Source of the DNA: Pseudomonadota bacterium
GTDB lineage: Bacteria > Pseudomonadota > Alphaproteobacteria > Rhizobiales > CALHAX01
Length of the DNA stretch: 32,803 nucleotides
Direction of reading: 5' to 3'
Assembly (NCBI GenBank): GCA_039816705.1
Contig: JBCBXF010000002.1
Location: forward strand, 7,207-40,009
The notes below the pieces were generated by a model. It made no database searches. It saw only the letters and a program-made list of their open reading frames with translations, and was not told where the DNA came from. This document shows positions 9,783 through 19,672 of the stretch, in pieces. Position numbers and translations under genes: made by a program. The number at the start of each line of letters is the position of its first letter. Within the stretch, counting starts at the first letter, position 1.

Positions 9783-10295
9783 ATGCTTCAGCTCTATTTG
9801 CTCCGTCATGCAAAATCCGACTGGAGCGCGGACTATGAGGACGATGCATCGCGTCCGTTGAATAGTAGGGGCATTGCAGCGGCCCTGCGGGTGGGCGTCT
9901 TCATGAAGCAGCGCTCCATCGTGCCGAACCGGGTTTTGTGTTCCCCGGCAAAGCGGTCACGCGAAACGCTCAAGCTGCTGCGGCAAAGCTGGAAAACAAA
10001 ACCGCCCATCTCGGTGTTGCCGGAGCTTTATCTCCAGGGTCACGACGCCATCATCGAGGCCATCCGCGCAGAAGGCGGCAAAGCGCGGCGTCTGCTCGTG
10101 ACGACTCACAATCCGGATATTGCCGATACGGCATCAGAGTTGATCGAAAAGAGCCGTCGCAAGACAAGCGAAACACTCGGCAAGTTTCCGACCGCAGCGT
10201 TGGCTTGCCTCGCCTGTCCCATTGATCGATGGAAAGATCTTGAGCCGCGCACCGCTAAGCTGATTGCGTTCATTCGCGCGAAGGAAATTCGTTAG
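9783..10295 (+). CDS. SixA-like histidine phosphatase family protein
   Basis: 170 aa. N-terminal catalytic motif LYLLRHAKSDW (RHG/RHA), SPAKRSRET, and a second His in LLVTTHNPDI. The size and layout match the SixA branch of the histidine phosphatase superfamily. Confidence 0.8.
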   Translation: MLQLYLLRHAKSDWSADYEDDASRPLNSRGIAAALRVGVFMKQRSIVPNRVLCSPAKRSRETLKLLRQSWKTKPPISVLPELYLQGHDAIIEAIRAEGGKARRLLVTTHNPDIADTASELIEKSRRKTSETLGKFPTAALACLACPIDRWKDLEPRTAKLIAFIRAKEIR

Positions 10296-10363
10296 CGTAC
10301 CGGGGCTGTCTGCGTTGGCGCGTGTCGACTTGATAAACGAGTGGCCCTTGCTAAAAGCGGGGC

Positions 10364-10984
10364 ATGCTCACGCTCATCGACAACTACGACAGTTTCACTT
10401 GGAACCTCGTGCATTTCATCGGGGATTTCGGTGTGAAATGCCGGGTCTACCGGAACGACGAAAAATCGGTCACAGCTGTTCTCGCGGAGAAGCCATCCGC
10501 GATTGTCTTGTCGCCCGGTCCATGCACGCCGGATGAAGCCGGCATCTGTCTTGATCTGGTGACGCGGGCGAAGGGCAAGGTGCCGATTTTCGGCGTCTGT
10601 CTTGGCTATCAATCCATTGGTCAGGCTTATGGAGGGCGCATTGTTCGTGCGCCAACGCTGATGCATGGAAAGCGCTCGAACATTACTCACAATGGCCTTG
10701 GGCTCTTCGATGAGATCCGCTCGCCAATTCGTGTGACCCGCTATCACTCGCTCATGCTCGATCAGAAATCGCTTCCGGACGCGTTGGAGGCGACAGCCAA
10801 AACCGATGACGGTCTGCTGATGGCTGTCTCGCATAAGCGCCATCCCGTACACGGTGTTCTGTTCCATCCTGAGAGCGTCGCGTCTGAAGCAGGGCACGCG
10901 ATCATCGCGAATTTCCTCGACATGGCGGGTATTCGACGCCATGCCCACACGCCGGAAATTACACGCCCGGCGCAAGTCGCCTAA
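10364..10984 (+). CDS. trpG: Anthranilate synthase component II / aminodeoxychorismate synthase glutamine amidotransferase
   Basis: MLTLIDNYDSFTWNLVHF, catalytic Cys in GVCLGYQ, and HGVLFHPES (His/Glu of the triad). Confidence 0.95.
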   Translation: MLTLIDNYDSFTWNLVHFIGDFGVKCRVYRNDEKSVTAVLAEKPSAIVLSPGPCTPDEAGICLDLVTRAKGKVPIFGVCLGYQSIGQAYGGRIVRAPTLMHGKRSNITHNGLGLFDEIRSPIRVTRYHSLMLDQKSLPDALEATAKTDDGLLMAVSHKRHPVHGVLFHPESVASEAGHAIIANFLDMAGIRRHAHTPEITRPAQVA

Positions 10985-11024
10985 GGCGCGGTCCGGGCCG
11001 TAGCACTTTAAGAGTAACGACGCG

Positions 11025-12044
11025 ATGTCCGATCTGAAACCGTTCGTCCATCAGGTTGCCAATGGCGACACACTCAGCCGTGAGGAGGCGGCGCGCGCGT
11101 TCGATATCATGATGTCGGGTGAGGCGAGCGCGGCGCAGATCGGGGCATTTCTGATGGCGCTGCGCGTGCGCGGTGAAACCGTTGCCGAGATTACGGGCGC
11201 GGCCGAGACGATGCGAGCCAAGGCGCTTGAGGTCGAGGCCCCGGCCGGCGCTATCGATACGGCGGGAACGGGCGGAGACGCGAAAGGCACGCACAACATC
11301 TCGACTTGCATGGCGTTCGTCGTGGCCGGCTGCGGTGTCCCGGTCTCGAAGCACGGCAACAAGTCGATATCTTCAAAGTCCGGGTCGGCCGATGTGCTCG
11401 GAGCCCTCGGTGTGAAACTCGATGTCGGGCCTGACATCATCGCCCGCTCGATCCGCGAGGCCGGAATCGGTTTCATGTTCGCGCCCGCCCATCATGCCGC
11501 GATGCGCCATGTCGGGCCCGTGCGCCAGGAGCTCGCAACGCGAACGATTTTCAACCTGCTTGGACCACTCTCCTGCCCGGCCCGTGCGAAGTACCAGGTC
11601 ATCGGGGTCTATGCGCGGGACTGGATTGTGCCGCTGGCCGAGACCATGCGAAATCTCGGCTCTGAGCGCGTCTGGGTCGTCCACGGCTCTGACGGACTGG
11701 ATGAATTGACGACGACCGGGGTGACCTACGTGGCTGAGCTCAAGGGCGGCCAGGTGCGTGAATTCGAAGTGACGCCGCAGGAGATCGGACTGCCGGTTGC
11801 GCAGCCAGAGGCGCTGCTGGGTGGCGAGGCTGAAGACAATGCGGCGGCGATCCGCGCCGTGCTCGACGGTGCGCCCGGTGCGTTTCGTGATATTGTCGTG
11901 CTCAACGCATCGGCGGCGCTTGTCGTCGCCGGCAAGGCGACAAACCTGACCGAGGGTGCTGCCATGGCAACGCACGCGATCGACAGTGGTGCGGGGCGCG
12001 CAGCACTGACAAAACTGGTAGCTATCACCAGCGGCGCTGCGTGA
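11025..12044 (+). CDS. trpD: Anthranilate phosphoribosyltransferase
   Basis: Motifs [45 protein letters not shown] and [12 protein letters not shown]. Confidence 0.96.
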   Translation: MSDLKPFVHQVANGDTLSREEAARAFDIMMSGEASAAQIGAFLMALRVRGETVAEITGAAETMRAKALEVEAPAGAIDTAGTGGDAKGTHNISTCMAFVVAGCGVPVSKHGNKSISSKSGSADVLGALGVKLDVGPDIIARSIREAGIGFMFAPAHHAAMRHVGPVRQELATRTIFNLLGPLSCPARAKYQVIGVYARDWIVPLAETMRNLGSERVWVVHGSDGLDELTTTGVTYVAELKGGQVREFEVTPQEIGLPVAQPEALLGGEAEDNAAAIRAVLDGAPGAFRDIVVLNASAALVVAGKATNLTEGAAMATHAIDSGAGRAALTKLVAITSGAA

Positions 12045-12070
12045 GGGTGACGACGGAGTGAGAGCGACCC

Positions 12071-12877
12071 ATGACCGACGTTCTGACACGGATCTGTGCA
12101 TACAAGCGCGAGGAAGTGGCGGCCGCCAAAGCGGCCCGTCCTCAAAGTGACGTCGAGGCCACGGCGCGTGAGGCTGATCCGGTGCGGGGGTTTGCAGCTG
12201 CGCTCGCGGCGAAGCATGCCGCCGGGCGCCCTGCCCTCATCGCGGAGATTAAAAAGGCCAGCCCCTCGAAGGGACTGATCCGGGCGGATTTCAATCCCCC
12301 GGAGCTTGCGCAGGCCTATGAGGCGGGCGGTGCGGCGTGCCTTTCTGTGCTGACGGACACCCCGTCGTTTCAGGGTGCACCGGAGTTCATGGTTGCAGCA
12401 CGTGCAGCGACGCGCCTCCCCGTGCTGCGCAAGGATTTTATGGTCGATGTGTATCAGGTTGCAGAGGCACGGGCGTGGGGAGCGGACTGCATTCTGGTGA
12501 TCCTGGCATGCACCGAGGATTCGCTGGCGCGCGATCTTGTGGCAGCCGCGCAGCACTGGAATATGGATGTGATTGCCGAGGTCCACGATGCGGAGGAACT
12601 CGAGCGCGCGATGACGCTCGACGGTGTCCTGCTCGGGATCAACAATCGCAACTTGCGCACGTTCGAGACCACACTGGCGACGACCGAAGACTTGGTCAAA
12701 CATGTTCCGAACGAGCGGCTCGTGATCGGCGAAAGCGGCATTGCAGGTTCCGACGACGTTGCGCGACTTCAGCGCGCGGGTGTCAACACGTTTCTCGTAG
12801 GCGAGAGCCTCATGCGCCACGACGATGTCGCGGCAGCCACCGAAGCGCTGCTTGCAAATGAGGTGGCTGTGGCATGA
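12071..12877 (+). CDS. trpC: Indole-3-glycerol phosphate synthase
   Basis: Motifs [42 protein letters not shown] and IGESGI. Its stop overlaps the moaC start (ATGA at 12874-12877). Confidence 0.96.
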   Translation: MTDVLTRICAYKREEVAAAKAARPQSDVEATAREADPVRGFAAALAAKHAAGRPALIAEIKKASPSKGLIRADFNPPELAQAYEAGGAACLSVLTDTPSFQGAPEFMVAARAATRLPVLRKDFMVDVYQVAEARAWGADCILVILACTEDSLARDLVAAAQHWNMDVIAEVHDAEELERAMTLDGVLLGINNRNLRTFETTLATTEDLVKHVPNERLVIGESGIAGSDDVARLQRAGVNTFLVGESLMRHDDVAAATEALLANEVAVA

Positions 12878-13398
12878 GCAATGCTCCCGCCCTTTCTCAC
12901 CTCAACGCACAGGGCGAAGCCGAGATGGTGGACGTGGCGCCCAAGGAGGTCACCTCGCGCACAGCGGTGGCCGAGGGCTACGTCGTCATGAAACGTACCA
13001 CGCTTGCGATGATCGAAGAGGGAACCGCTGCCAAGGGGGACGTGATCGCGACAGCCCGTATTGCCGGAATCATGGCGGCAAAGCGTACGTCCGATCTGAT
13101 CCCGCTCTGCCATCCGCTCGCGATCTCGAAGGTTGCGGTCACGTTTCAGTCCGAGCCGGACTGGGGCATAGATCTGGCGCGAATGCATGTCACGGCGCTG
13201 GTGACGGTGGAGGGAAAAACGGGCGTCGAAATGGAAGCGCTCACGGCAGTCTCTGTTGCATGCCTGACCATCTACGACATGCTGAAAGCGGTTGATAAGG
13301 GTATGCGGTTTGAAGGTGTCCGTCTGGTGGAAAAAAAAGGTGGCCGCACCGGGCACTATCTGGCTGACGATCCCTCGAGCACACGCGCGGATCCGTGA
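12874..13398 (+). CDS. moaC: Cyclic pyranopterin monophosphate synthase
   Basis: [35 protein letters not shown] and [20 protein letters not shown]. Overlaps trpC by 4 nt and moeA by 4 nt (GTGA). Confidence 0.95.
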   Translation: MSNAPALSHLNAQGEAEMVDVAPKEVTSRTAVAEGYVVMKRTTLAMIEEGTAAKGDVIATARIAGIMAAKRTSDLIPLCHPLAISKVAVTFQSEPDWGIDLARMHVTALVTVEGKTGVEMEALTAVSVACLTIYDMLKAVDKGMRFEGVRLVEKKGGRTGHYLADDPSSTRADP

Positions 13399-14636
13399 GC
13401 GCTCGCAAGCCCCTGTTGAGCGTCGACGCCGCAACGGCCGCAATCCTCGATGAGGTTGTCGTCGGCTTTGGAGAGACGGTCGCGATCGAGGAGAGCTGTG
13501 GCCGCACACTTCGCACGTCTCTTGTTTCTGCCATTGATCAACCGCCGTTTGTGGCCTCCGCCATGGATGGCTATGCGGTCCGCTCGGCGGACCTGAAGCA
13601 TTCCGAGACTGCTGCCACCGCGAGCCTCCGCGTTGTCGGCGAAGCTGCCGCGGGGCATCCGTTTGACGGCCCGCTGCCGCCAATGTCAGGCGTCCGCATT
13701 TTCACCGGCGGCATGCTGCCCGAGGGGGCGGACTGCGTCCTCATACAAGAGGACGCGGTGCGGAAGGGTGATGTCCTCACAAGCTCGGCGGTCGTGGAGC
13801 CCGGTCAATGGGTGCGGGCTGCTGGGGGAGATTTTTCGACCGGGCAAACTCTGGTCGAAGCGGGAACGATCCTGACGGCGCGCGATATTCTGCTCACGGC
13901 ATCTGCGGGTCATGCCAACTGTGTCGTCACGCAGGCGCCGCGTGTCGGCATTCTGGCGACCGGCGATGAACTTGTTGCGCCAGGTGGTTCGCTTGCACCT
14001 GGTCAGATATTTTCCTCTGTGCCGGCTGGGCTTGCCGCGTTGGTTACGGAATTTGGCGGTGTTCCGGTTCCACTCGGTATCGCGGAGGATACGCCGGAGG
14101 CGCTTGGCGCGCGTCTCGCGAAGGCCGATGCGTGCGACGTGCTGATGACGATTGGTGGCGCGTCGGTTGGCGATCACGATCTGGTCCATGCGGCGCTGCG
14201 GCAATGGGGCGTCGACCTCAGTTTCTGGAAGATCGCCATGCGCCCCGGCAAACCGCTGATGTATGGGCGACGACGGTCGGCGTCGGGCGTGCAGCATGTT
14301 ATTGGCCTGCCCGGTAATCCCGTCTCCGGAATGGTCTGCGCGCGCATCTTTGTTGCACCCCTGCTTGCGGCTTTGCTTGGACGCTCCGCGGGAAGCCTCG
14401 CGCCGCAGCGCCTACCGCTCGCGACGCCACGACCGGCGAATGGTCCACGTCGCCATTATATGCGCGGGCAGATCCACTCCAGTGATGCCGGGCGCCAGCA
14501 GGTGCGTGTTTTGCCGCGGCAGGACAGCTCGCTGACAAGCGTTCTGGCTGCAGCCAATGCCTTGGTCGTGACGCCGGAAAATGCTCCGGCCGCAGACCCG
14601 GGGACGGTTGTTGATGTGTTGCCTCTCGATTTCTGA
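13395..14636 (+). CDS. moeA: Molybdopterin molybdenumtransferase
   Basis: 413 aa with a GTG start overlapping the moaC stop. Motifs [30 protein letters not shown] and GLPGNPVSG. Confidence 0.93.
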   Translation: MSARKPLLSVDAATAAILDEVVVGFGETVAIEESCGRTLRTSLVSAIDQPPFVASAMDGYAVRSADLKHSETAATASLRVVGEAAAGHPFDGPLPPMSGVRIFTGGMLPEGADCVLIQEDAVRKGDVLTSSAVVEPGQWVRAAGGDFSTGQTLVEAGTILTARDILLTASAGHANCVVTQAPRVGILATGDELVAPGGSLAPGQIFSSVPAGLAALVTEFGGVPVPLGIAEDTPEALGARLAKADACDVLMTIGGASVGDHDLVHAALRQWGVDLSFWKIAMRPGKPLMYGRRRSASGVQHVIGLPGNPVSGMVCARIFVAPLLAALLGRSAGSLAPQRLPLATPRPANGPRRHYMRGQIHSSDAGRQQVRVLPRQDSSLTSVLAAANALVVTPENAPAADPGTVVDVLPLDF

Positions 14637-14716
14637 GGCGACATCGCCCACGCATAACAGCGACGCGGTGCGGGTCTTGCAGGGCAGACGACCTGATGCC
14701 GGCACGGAGCCCGACC

Positions 14717-14785
14717 ATGACGCAGATCGCCATCCTCGCCGCACTTATCTTTATCGCTTGGCTTGAAGCCTGGGCGAACGCCTGA
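14717..14785 (+). CDS. Candidate 22-aa hydrophobic micropeptide (MTQIAILAALIFIAWLEAWANA)
   Basis: Hand-translated ORF below the track cut-off. GGAG at 14706-14709 lies 7 nt upstream of the ATG. The stop codon is embedded in a small hairpin, GACGC(14784-88)/GCGTC(14793-97), followed by TTT. No family recognised. Confidence 0.3.
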   Translation: MTQIAILAALIFIAWLEAWANA

Positions 14786-14835
14786 CGCCAGCGCGTCTTT
14801 ACGCATAGGCCGCGGCACACCAAGAATGGGGAGTG

Positions 14836-14871
14836 GGGACGGCCCTGATCCCCAATTACCTGGGCCGTCCC
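14836..14871. repeat. Perfect 10-bp inverted repeat (GGGACGGCCC ... GGGCCGTCCC) with a 16-nt loop
   Basis: Every pair between 14836-14845 and 14862-14871 was checked base by base. It lies in the moeA-lexA spacer. No U-tract follows on either strand, so it is not a canonical intrinsic terminator. Confidence 0.6.
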
Positions 14872-15051
14872 GGACCACCACGCGTCGATCGGTATTGGCG
14901 CCCCCGCCTAGCCGCGACGTCCCGGCGAACAAACACCGGTTGGTAGTCAAGCTCCACGGTGTCTCGCGTTGTGACGCCACCCGCAACCGTCGGGTTTCCA
15001 CATGAGCGAGGGAGTGTGCAGGGAGAAGGAGCTGACCTGCACCCCCTTGCG

Positions 15052-15066
15052 GAACAACATGGGAAC
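15052..15066 (+). promoter_or_regulatory. LexA operator (alphaproteobacterial SOS box GAAC-N7-GAAC), distal
   Basis: GAAC AACATGG GAAC read at 15052-15066, about 100 nt upstream of the lexA ATG. It matches the direct-repeat SOS box described for Rhizobiales and related alphaproteobacteria. Confidence 0.75.
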
Positions 15067-15132
15067 ATTTACGGTGTTCTTGGTTTGTACAGTGAGTCGT
15101 GCTGACGCGGCGCGATGGTGGTTGCTGACCAC

Positions 15133-15147
15133 GAACAAGATGCGAAC
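15133..15147 (+). promoter_or_regulatory. LexA operator (GAAC-N7-GAAC), proximal
   Basis: GAAC AAGATGC GAAC at 15133-15147, ending 16 nt before the lexA ATG at 15163. Together with the distal box this gives the tandem operators typical of autoregulated alphaproteobacterial lexA. Confidence 0.75.
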
Positions 15148-15162
15148 ATATCGGGGGAACGG

Positions 15163-15897
15163 ATGCTGACACCCAAGCAAAGGGATCTGCTGGCTTTTAT
15201 CAAGACACGGTTGGATGCGACTGGCGTTCCACCTTCGTTCGACGAGATAAAGGTGGCGCTCGATCTCAAGTCCAAGTCGGGCATCCACCGACTGATTATC
15301 GCGCTGGAAGAGCGTGGATTTATCCGCCGCCTGCCAAACCGGGCGCGCGCACTTGAAATTTTGAAACTGCCCGAGTCCCTCGAACAGGACACTGTTGCGC
15401 ATTCGGGTGCAGCTCCGGAGGGCAAGGGGATGACCCCACAACGTGGATTTGTGCCGAGTGTGATCGAGGGATCAGGCGGCCGCGAACTCGAGCGGATCGA
15501 AGGCCAGCATTTCGGCCAGGCCGTGCCATTGATGGGCCGGATTGCGGCTGGCGTTCCGATCAGCGCTATTCAGGATCACAGCCGGGATGTCGATGTTCCG
15601 CCAGATCTGATCTCCCGCGGTGAGCATTATGCGCTCGAGGTTAAGGGCGACTCGATGATCGATGCGGGCATTCATGACGGTGACCTCGTGATCATCCGCA
15701 AGGCGAACACCGCGCAGAATGGTGACATCGTGGTCGCGCTCGTCGATCAGGAAGAGGCGACGCTGAAACGGCTGCGCAAAAAGGGCGATCAGGTTGCGCT
15801 CGAAGCGGCAAATGAAGCGTATGAGACGCGGATTTTTGGTCCGGATCGGGTCGACGTGCAGGGTGTGCTGGTTGGGTTGATCCGACGGTACTCCTAA
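15163..15897 (+). CDS. lexA: SOS repressor LexA
   Basis: [13 protein letters not shown]... winged-helix N-domain, Ala-Gly cleavage site in MGRIAAGVP, catalytic Ser in VKGDSM and Lys in TLKRLRKKG. The start is set at the ATG at 15163 (GGGGGA upstream), because the track ORF start at 15115 would place the proximal SOS box inside the coding sequence. Confidence 0.93.
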   Translation: MLTPKQRDLLAFIKTRLDATGVPPSFDEIKVALDLKSKSGIHRLIIALEERGFIRRLPNRARALEILKLPESLEQDTVAHSGAAPEGKGMTPQRGFVPSVIEGSGGRELERIEGQHFGQAVPLMGRIAAGVPISAIQDHSRDVDVPPDLISRGEHYALEVKGDSMIDAGIHDGDLVIIRKANTAQNGDIVVALVDQEEATLKRLRKKGDQVALEAANEAYETRIFGPDRVDVQGVLVGLIRRYS

Positions 15898-15914
15898 CGC
15901 TGTCTCTCCTGACG

Positions 15915-18206
15915 TCAGCGGGACCAGGGGCGTACGCCGCGGGCGGCGGCCACGGTTTCCTGTGCGATCATCCCATCTGTGGAAATGAACAGGGTGTGCA
16001 CGCCACGGGTCGCAATCGCGGCCCTGTCGATGACGATTTGCGCAGAGGGGCAGGGCAACGCCTGATCGAAGGCCATGACGATGATATCGGCGCGGCGACA
16101 GTCTTCGGCGACATTTGCGGGTGTTCGCGGCATCGCAAGAAGGCGGCCGCGCACCCGCACCGCGCATCCGGTCTCGTCGCACGTAAAACTGCGACCGCGG
16201 TGCTTCGCTTCAGGAATTTCGAGGCTCCCATCGGCCTCCAGCCAGCGTTCAATTTCGAACGTGCCGCCACGTCCGGGTGAGACATCAAGAGACCCGTCTG
16301 CATTGCGCACGGCGACAAGCGTGCCATTACGACCGACAAGCACATCCGGCGCGGTTTGAAGCCCGGCTGCTGCGAACCCGAGCGCAATCGGGATCAAACC
16401 AGCGAAGCGCCAGGCGCGACGCCAAAGGCATAGCCAGAGGCCGCCGAACACCATCGCGACGAAAGCCGCAGGCGCCATCAATGACGTTGCGCGGACAGAC
16501 GACGGGTGTGCCGATACCATGGCGGCCACCGCCACCACCTGCTCGATGCCCCATGCCATGATACCCAGCGCGTATCCCTCCAGACCAAATGGCAGCGTGA
16601 GCAAGGTGACCAGTGCCATCGGCATGACGACGACCGTAAACACTGGCATCGCCAGGAGATTGGCAATGAGACTGAGTTGCGCGACGCGATGGAAGTGAAA
16701 GGCGCCAAACGGTGCAACCGCGAGGCCGGCGACAAATGTCGAGACCAACGTGCCGACGATCAGCCCCTGGCCTGCGCGCATCGGCATCTGGAGCCAGGCC
16801 GGAAGCAGCGGTGGCGCGCGGACGTCCTGATCCGCACGGACTTCGCGGCGCGCAGTCCACCATTCATAGAACGCGACAAGACCGACGACCGCCGCGAAGG
16901 ACATCTGGAACCCGATCTCCAGCAGGTTTTCAGGTGCGATGAGGAGAATAATCAGGGCGGCGAGTGCCACATTGCGCAAAGAGATTGCGGGGCGGTCGAG
17001 CAGGATTGCGACGAGCATCAGCCCGATCATGATCGCGGCACGCTGGGTCGCGACAGACGCTCCAGAAATCGCCAGATACGCGATGCCGCCAAGCAATGCG
17101 CAGAGCGCCGCCGTCTTTTTGATCCTGAGGTTGAGGGCGAAAGCCGGAACCGCGGCGAGCGCACCACGCAGGAGCCAGAACAGCGCTCCCGCAATCATCG
17201 CCATGTGAAGCCCGGAGATCGCAAGCATGTGGGACAACCCGGATCGGCGCAAATGCTCCAGCGTTGCCTCAGGCACCTTACCCCGTTTGCCGACGATCAA
17301 GGCGTTGATCACCGCGCCCGTTTCGCCGGGCACATGCTGCTCAATCCGCGCGGCGATGTCAGCGCGCAGACCACCAATCCATCCGGTTTCATCCAGCAGC
17401 GCCGGCCGCACTGGTAGACGGGTTGTGCGAACGGGTGGCGCGACTGCAAACCCAACAGCGCCGATCTGTTGAAACCAGGCACGGCGAGCAAAGTCGTAAC
17501 CGCCCGGGCGCACGGGAATGGGGGGCGGTTGCAGCGAGAGGCGCACGCTCACCCCATCGCCCACACGCAGGTCATGCCGGCCAGCCCATACGAAACGGAC
17601 CCGCTCCGGGCGAGCTGCATCCGCGAGCCCCTGGACAGCCCGCAGGCGCATTGTGATCCGTGCGCCGCCAGGCAGGCGCGGTTCGATTGCCTCAACGAAA
17701 CCGGCTGCCATGCGCGCCGTGATGGGCTCTCGCAATACAGGCGCAGCGATGAGGTGTGTCCGTGCGCTTGCCGCAACGAGGCCTGCGATCATCCAGAAGG
17801 CCAACCCGGTTGCGACCGGCGCGAACGTGCCTCGGCGCCAGACGATGCGGGCGGCGATGGTGAGTGCGAGCAGTCCAATCAGCAGCCATCCGCGTGGCTC
17901 GTGCGTGAGAGAAAAATAAATGCCGATGCCGGTACCGAATGCGACGGGAACCCAGAGGAACCACCTCGCTCGCTCAAGTTCCAGCGTCTCGATGACGGCG
18001 CGGACCGGCGTGGTTTTGGCTGTGATAGATCGCGCTGTCGCACGATGGCGCGTTAGACGTCGCCCACGCCATGCCGAAAAACGCGTGAGGAACCGTCCCG
18101 CGCGGGTTACCCATTCAGACATCTGCGCGACGATGCGATGCGGCGCCATGGCTGGCAAACCGGCCGTCTGGTCGCGTCGCAGGCCGTGTGGTAGGCCACG
18201 CGGCAT
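15915..18206 (-). CDS. comEC: ComEC/Rec2-family DNA internalisation channel protein
   Basis: Large polytopic membrane protein: N-terminal RWFLWVPVAFGTGIGIYF, a DUF4131-like OB region, and the competence domain with SGLHMAMIAG. No HxHxDH metallo-beta-lactamase motif is visible at the C-terminus. The start is uncertain: the ATG at 18206 has GGAAGG 6 nt upstream, and the alternatives are the GTG at 18233 and the ATG at 18122. Confidence 0.85.
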   Translation of the reverse strand: MPRGLPHGLRRDQTAGLPAMAPHRIVAQMSEWVTRAGRFLTRFSAWRGRRLTRHRATARSITAKTTPVRAVIETLELERARWFLWVPVAFGTGIGIYFSLTHEPRGWLLIGLLALTIAARIVWRRGTFAPVATGLAFWMIAGLVAASARTHLIAAPVLREPITARMAAGFVEAIEPRLPGGARITMRLRAVQGLADAARPERVRFVWAGRHDLRVGDGVSVRLSLQPPPIPVRPGGYDFARRAWFQQIGAVGFAVAPPVRTTRLPVRPALLDETGWIGGLRADIAARIEQHVPGETGAVINALIVGKRGKVPEATLEHLRRSGLSHMLAISGLHMAMIAGALFWLLRGALAAVPAFALNLRIKKTAALCALLGGIAYLAISGASVATQRAAIMIGLMLVAILLDRPAISLRNVALAALIILLIAPENLLEIGFQMSFAAVVGLVAFYEWWTARREVRADQDVRAPPLLPAWLQMPMRAGQGLIVGTLVSTFVAGLAVAPFGAFHFHRVAQLSLIANLLAMPVFTVVVMPMALVTLLTLPFGLEGYALGIMAWGIEQVVAVAAMVSAHPSSVRATSLMAPAAFVAMVFGGLWLCLWRRAWRFAGLIPIALGFAAAGLQTAPDVLVGRNGTLVAVRNADGSLDVSPGRGGTFEIERWLEADGSLEIPEAKHRGRSFTCDETGCAVRVRGRLLAMPRTPANVAEDCRRADIIVMAFDQALPCPSAQIVIDRAAIATRGVHTLFISTDGMIAQETVAAARGVRPWSR

Positions 18207-18247
18207 AGCGGCCCTTCCGATCTCCTCGAACACTGCGAGACCTTGCG

Positions 18248-19672
18248 ATGACCGATGCGATCGTCACGCGCTTTGCCCCCTCCCCTACTGTTTATCTGCA
18301 TATTGGTGGGGCGCGCACCGCACTGTTCAACTGGTTGTTCGCCCGGGCGCATGGCGGGCGCTATCTACTGCGCGTCGAGGACACTGACCGCGCACGCTCA
18401 ACGGATGCGGCCGTTGACGCGATCCTCGACGGTCTTGACTGGCTTGGGCTTGATGCGGATGACGCGCCGGTTTTCCAGCACGCACAAGCCGATCGACATC
18501 GTGAAGTCGCCGAGCAGATGCTCGCAGCAGGCACTGCATATCGCTGCTACGCCACGCCAGAGGAACTTGAGGCGATGCGTGCGGCGGCGAAAGCCGAGGG
18601 CCGTCAGACGGCGTACGATGGGACATGGCGGGATCGCGATCCGGGCGATGCGCCAGAAGGCGTCGCGCCGGCTGTTCGGCTCAAGGCACCCCGTGATGGC
18701 CAGACGCTTATTCGCGACGCGGTTCAGGGTGACGTCGTGTTCCAGAACGAAAATCTGGACGATCTGATTTTGCTCCGCAGCGACGGAACGCCGACCTATA
18801 TGCTTGCGGTTGTCGTGGACGATCATGACGCCGGCGTCACGCATGTCATCCGGGGTGACGACCATCTGAACAACGCGGCGCGGCAAACCTTGATCTATGA
18901 CGCACTTGGCTGGCCCATCCCGATGTTTGCGCATGTCCCGCTGATCCATGGGCCGGATGGAAAAAAGCTCTCCAAGCGCCATGGTGCTTTGGGCGTCGAG
19001 GCCTATCGGGAAATGGGTTACCTCCCGGACGCGTTGGTCAACTATCTCGTCCGTCTCGGATGGAGCCATGGTGATCAGGAGATTTTTTCGCGCGACGAAC
19101 TCACCGAACTCTTTTCGCTCGATGCCATCGGCAAGGCGCCCGCACGTCTAGACTTTGACAAGCTGGCGAGTGTCAACGCCCACTACATCCGCGAGATGGG
19201 AGATGACGCGCTGGCGGCGGACTTCGAGCGCGCGGTGACCAATGGCTGGGTGCCACATGGCGAGACCTACACCTTTGACGATGAGGTCCGCGGGCGCCTG
19301 ATCCGCGCCATGCCGGCATTGAAGGAGCGCGCAACGACGATCCCCGAGATCGGCGCGAAGGCCGGGTTTGCCTTTGCGTCGCGTCCGATCACCATCGAAG
19401 CAAAGGCGCAGAAGATGCTGAGTGAGGCCAATCTCGAGCACCTTGCCGCGCTGCGCCCGAAGCTCGAGACCCTCACACCATGGACATCGGATGCACTCGA
19501 GACGCTGGTCAAAGGCTTTGCGGAAGACGCCGGTATCGGACTTGGCAAAATTGCCCAACCAATTCGTGGTGCATTGACCGGCACGCCAAATGCCCCTGGC
19601 ATCTATGATTGTCTTTACGCGCTTGGGCGAGAGGAATCGCTGGCGCGGATCGACGATCAACTGGGCAGGTGA
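18248..19672 (+). CDS. gltX: Glutamate--tRNA ligase
   Basis: Class I signatures: [22 protein letters not shown] (HIGH variant) and KKLSKRHG (KMSKS variant). 474 aa. Confidence 0.96.
   Translation: MTDAIVTRFAPSPTVYLHIGGARTALFNWLFARAHGGRYLLRVEDTDRARSTDAAVDAILDGLDWLGLDADDAPVFQHAQADRHREVAEQMLAAGTAYRCYATPEELEAMRAAAKAEGRQTAYDGTWRDRDPGDAPEGVAPAVRLKAPRDGQTLIRDAVQGDVVFQNENLDDLILLRSDGTPTYMLAVVVDDHDAGVTHVIRGDDHLNNAARQTLIYDALGWPIPMFAHVPLIHGPDGKKLSKRHGALGVEAYREMGYLPDALVNYLVRLGWSHGDQEIFSRDELTELFSLDAIGKAPARLDFDKLASVNAHYIREMGDDALAADFERAVTNGWVPHGETYTFDDEVRGRLIRAMPALKERATTIPEIGAKAGFAFASRPITIEAKAQKMLSEANLEHLAALRPKLETLTPWTSDALETLVKGFAEDAGIGLGKIAQPIRGALTGTPNAPGIYDCLYALGREESLARIDDQLGR

Noticed and set aside
13331-13338. 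A8 homopolymer inside moaC (GTG GAA AAA AAA GGT), unusual in GC-rich DNA and a potential slippage or phase-variation tract.
   Set aside because: It encodes the conserved ...VEKKGG... segment of MoaC in frame. A single 8-nt run in an essential cofactor gene is more likely codon choice than programmed phase variation.
15002-15169. 55-codon plus-strand ORF (MSEGVCREKELTCTPLRNNMGTF...) spanning both SOS boxes and ending inside the lexA start.
   Set aside because: It has no SD and an odd Cys/Arg/Thr-rich composition. It overlaps the operators and the lexA initiation region, so it is most likely non-coding promoter and 5'-UTR sequence.
18228-18242. GAAC-ACTGCGA-GACC, an SOS-box-like sequence in the comEC/gltX divergent region.
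   Set aside because: It has one mismatch in the second half-site, lies a few nt before the gltX ATG, and neither gene is a known alphaproteobacterial LexA regulon member as far as I recall. At this GC content a single-mismatch hit is plausibly chance.
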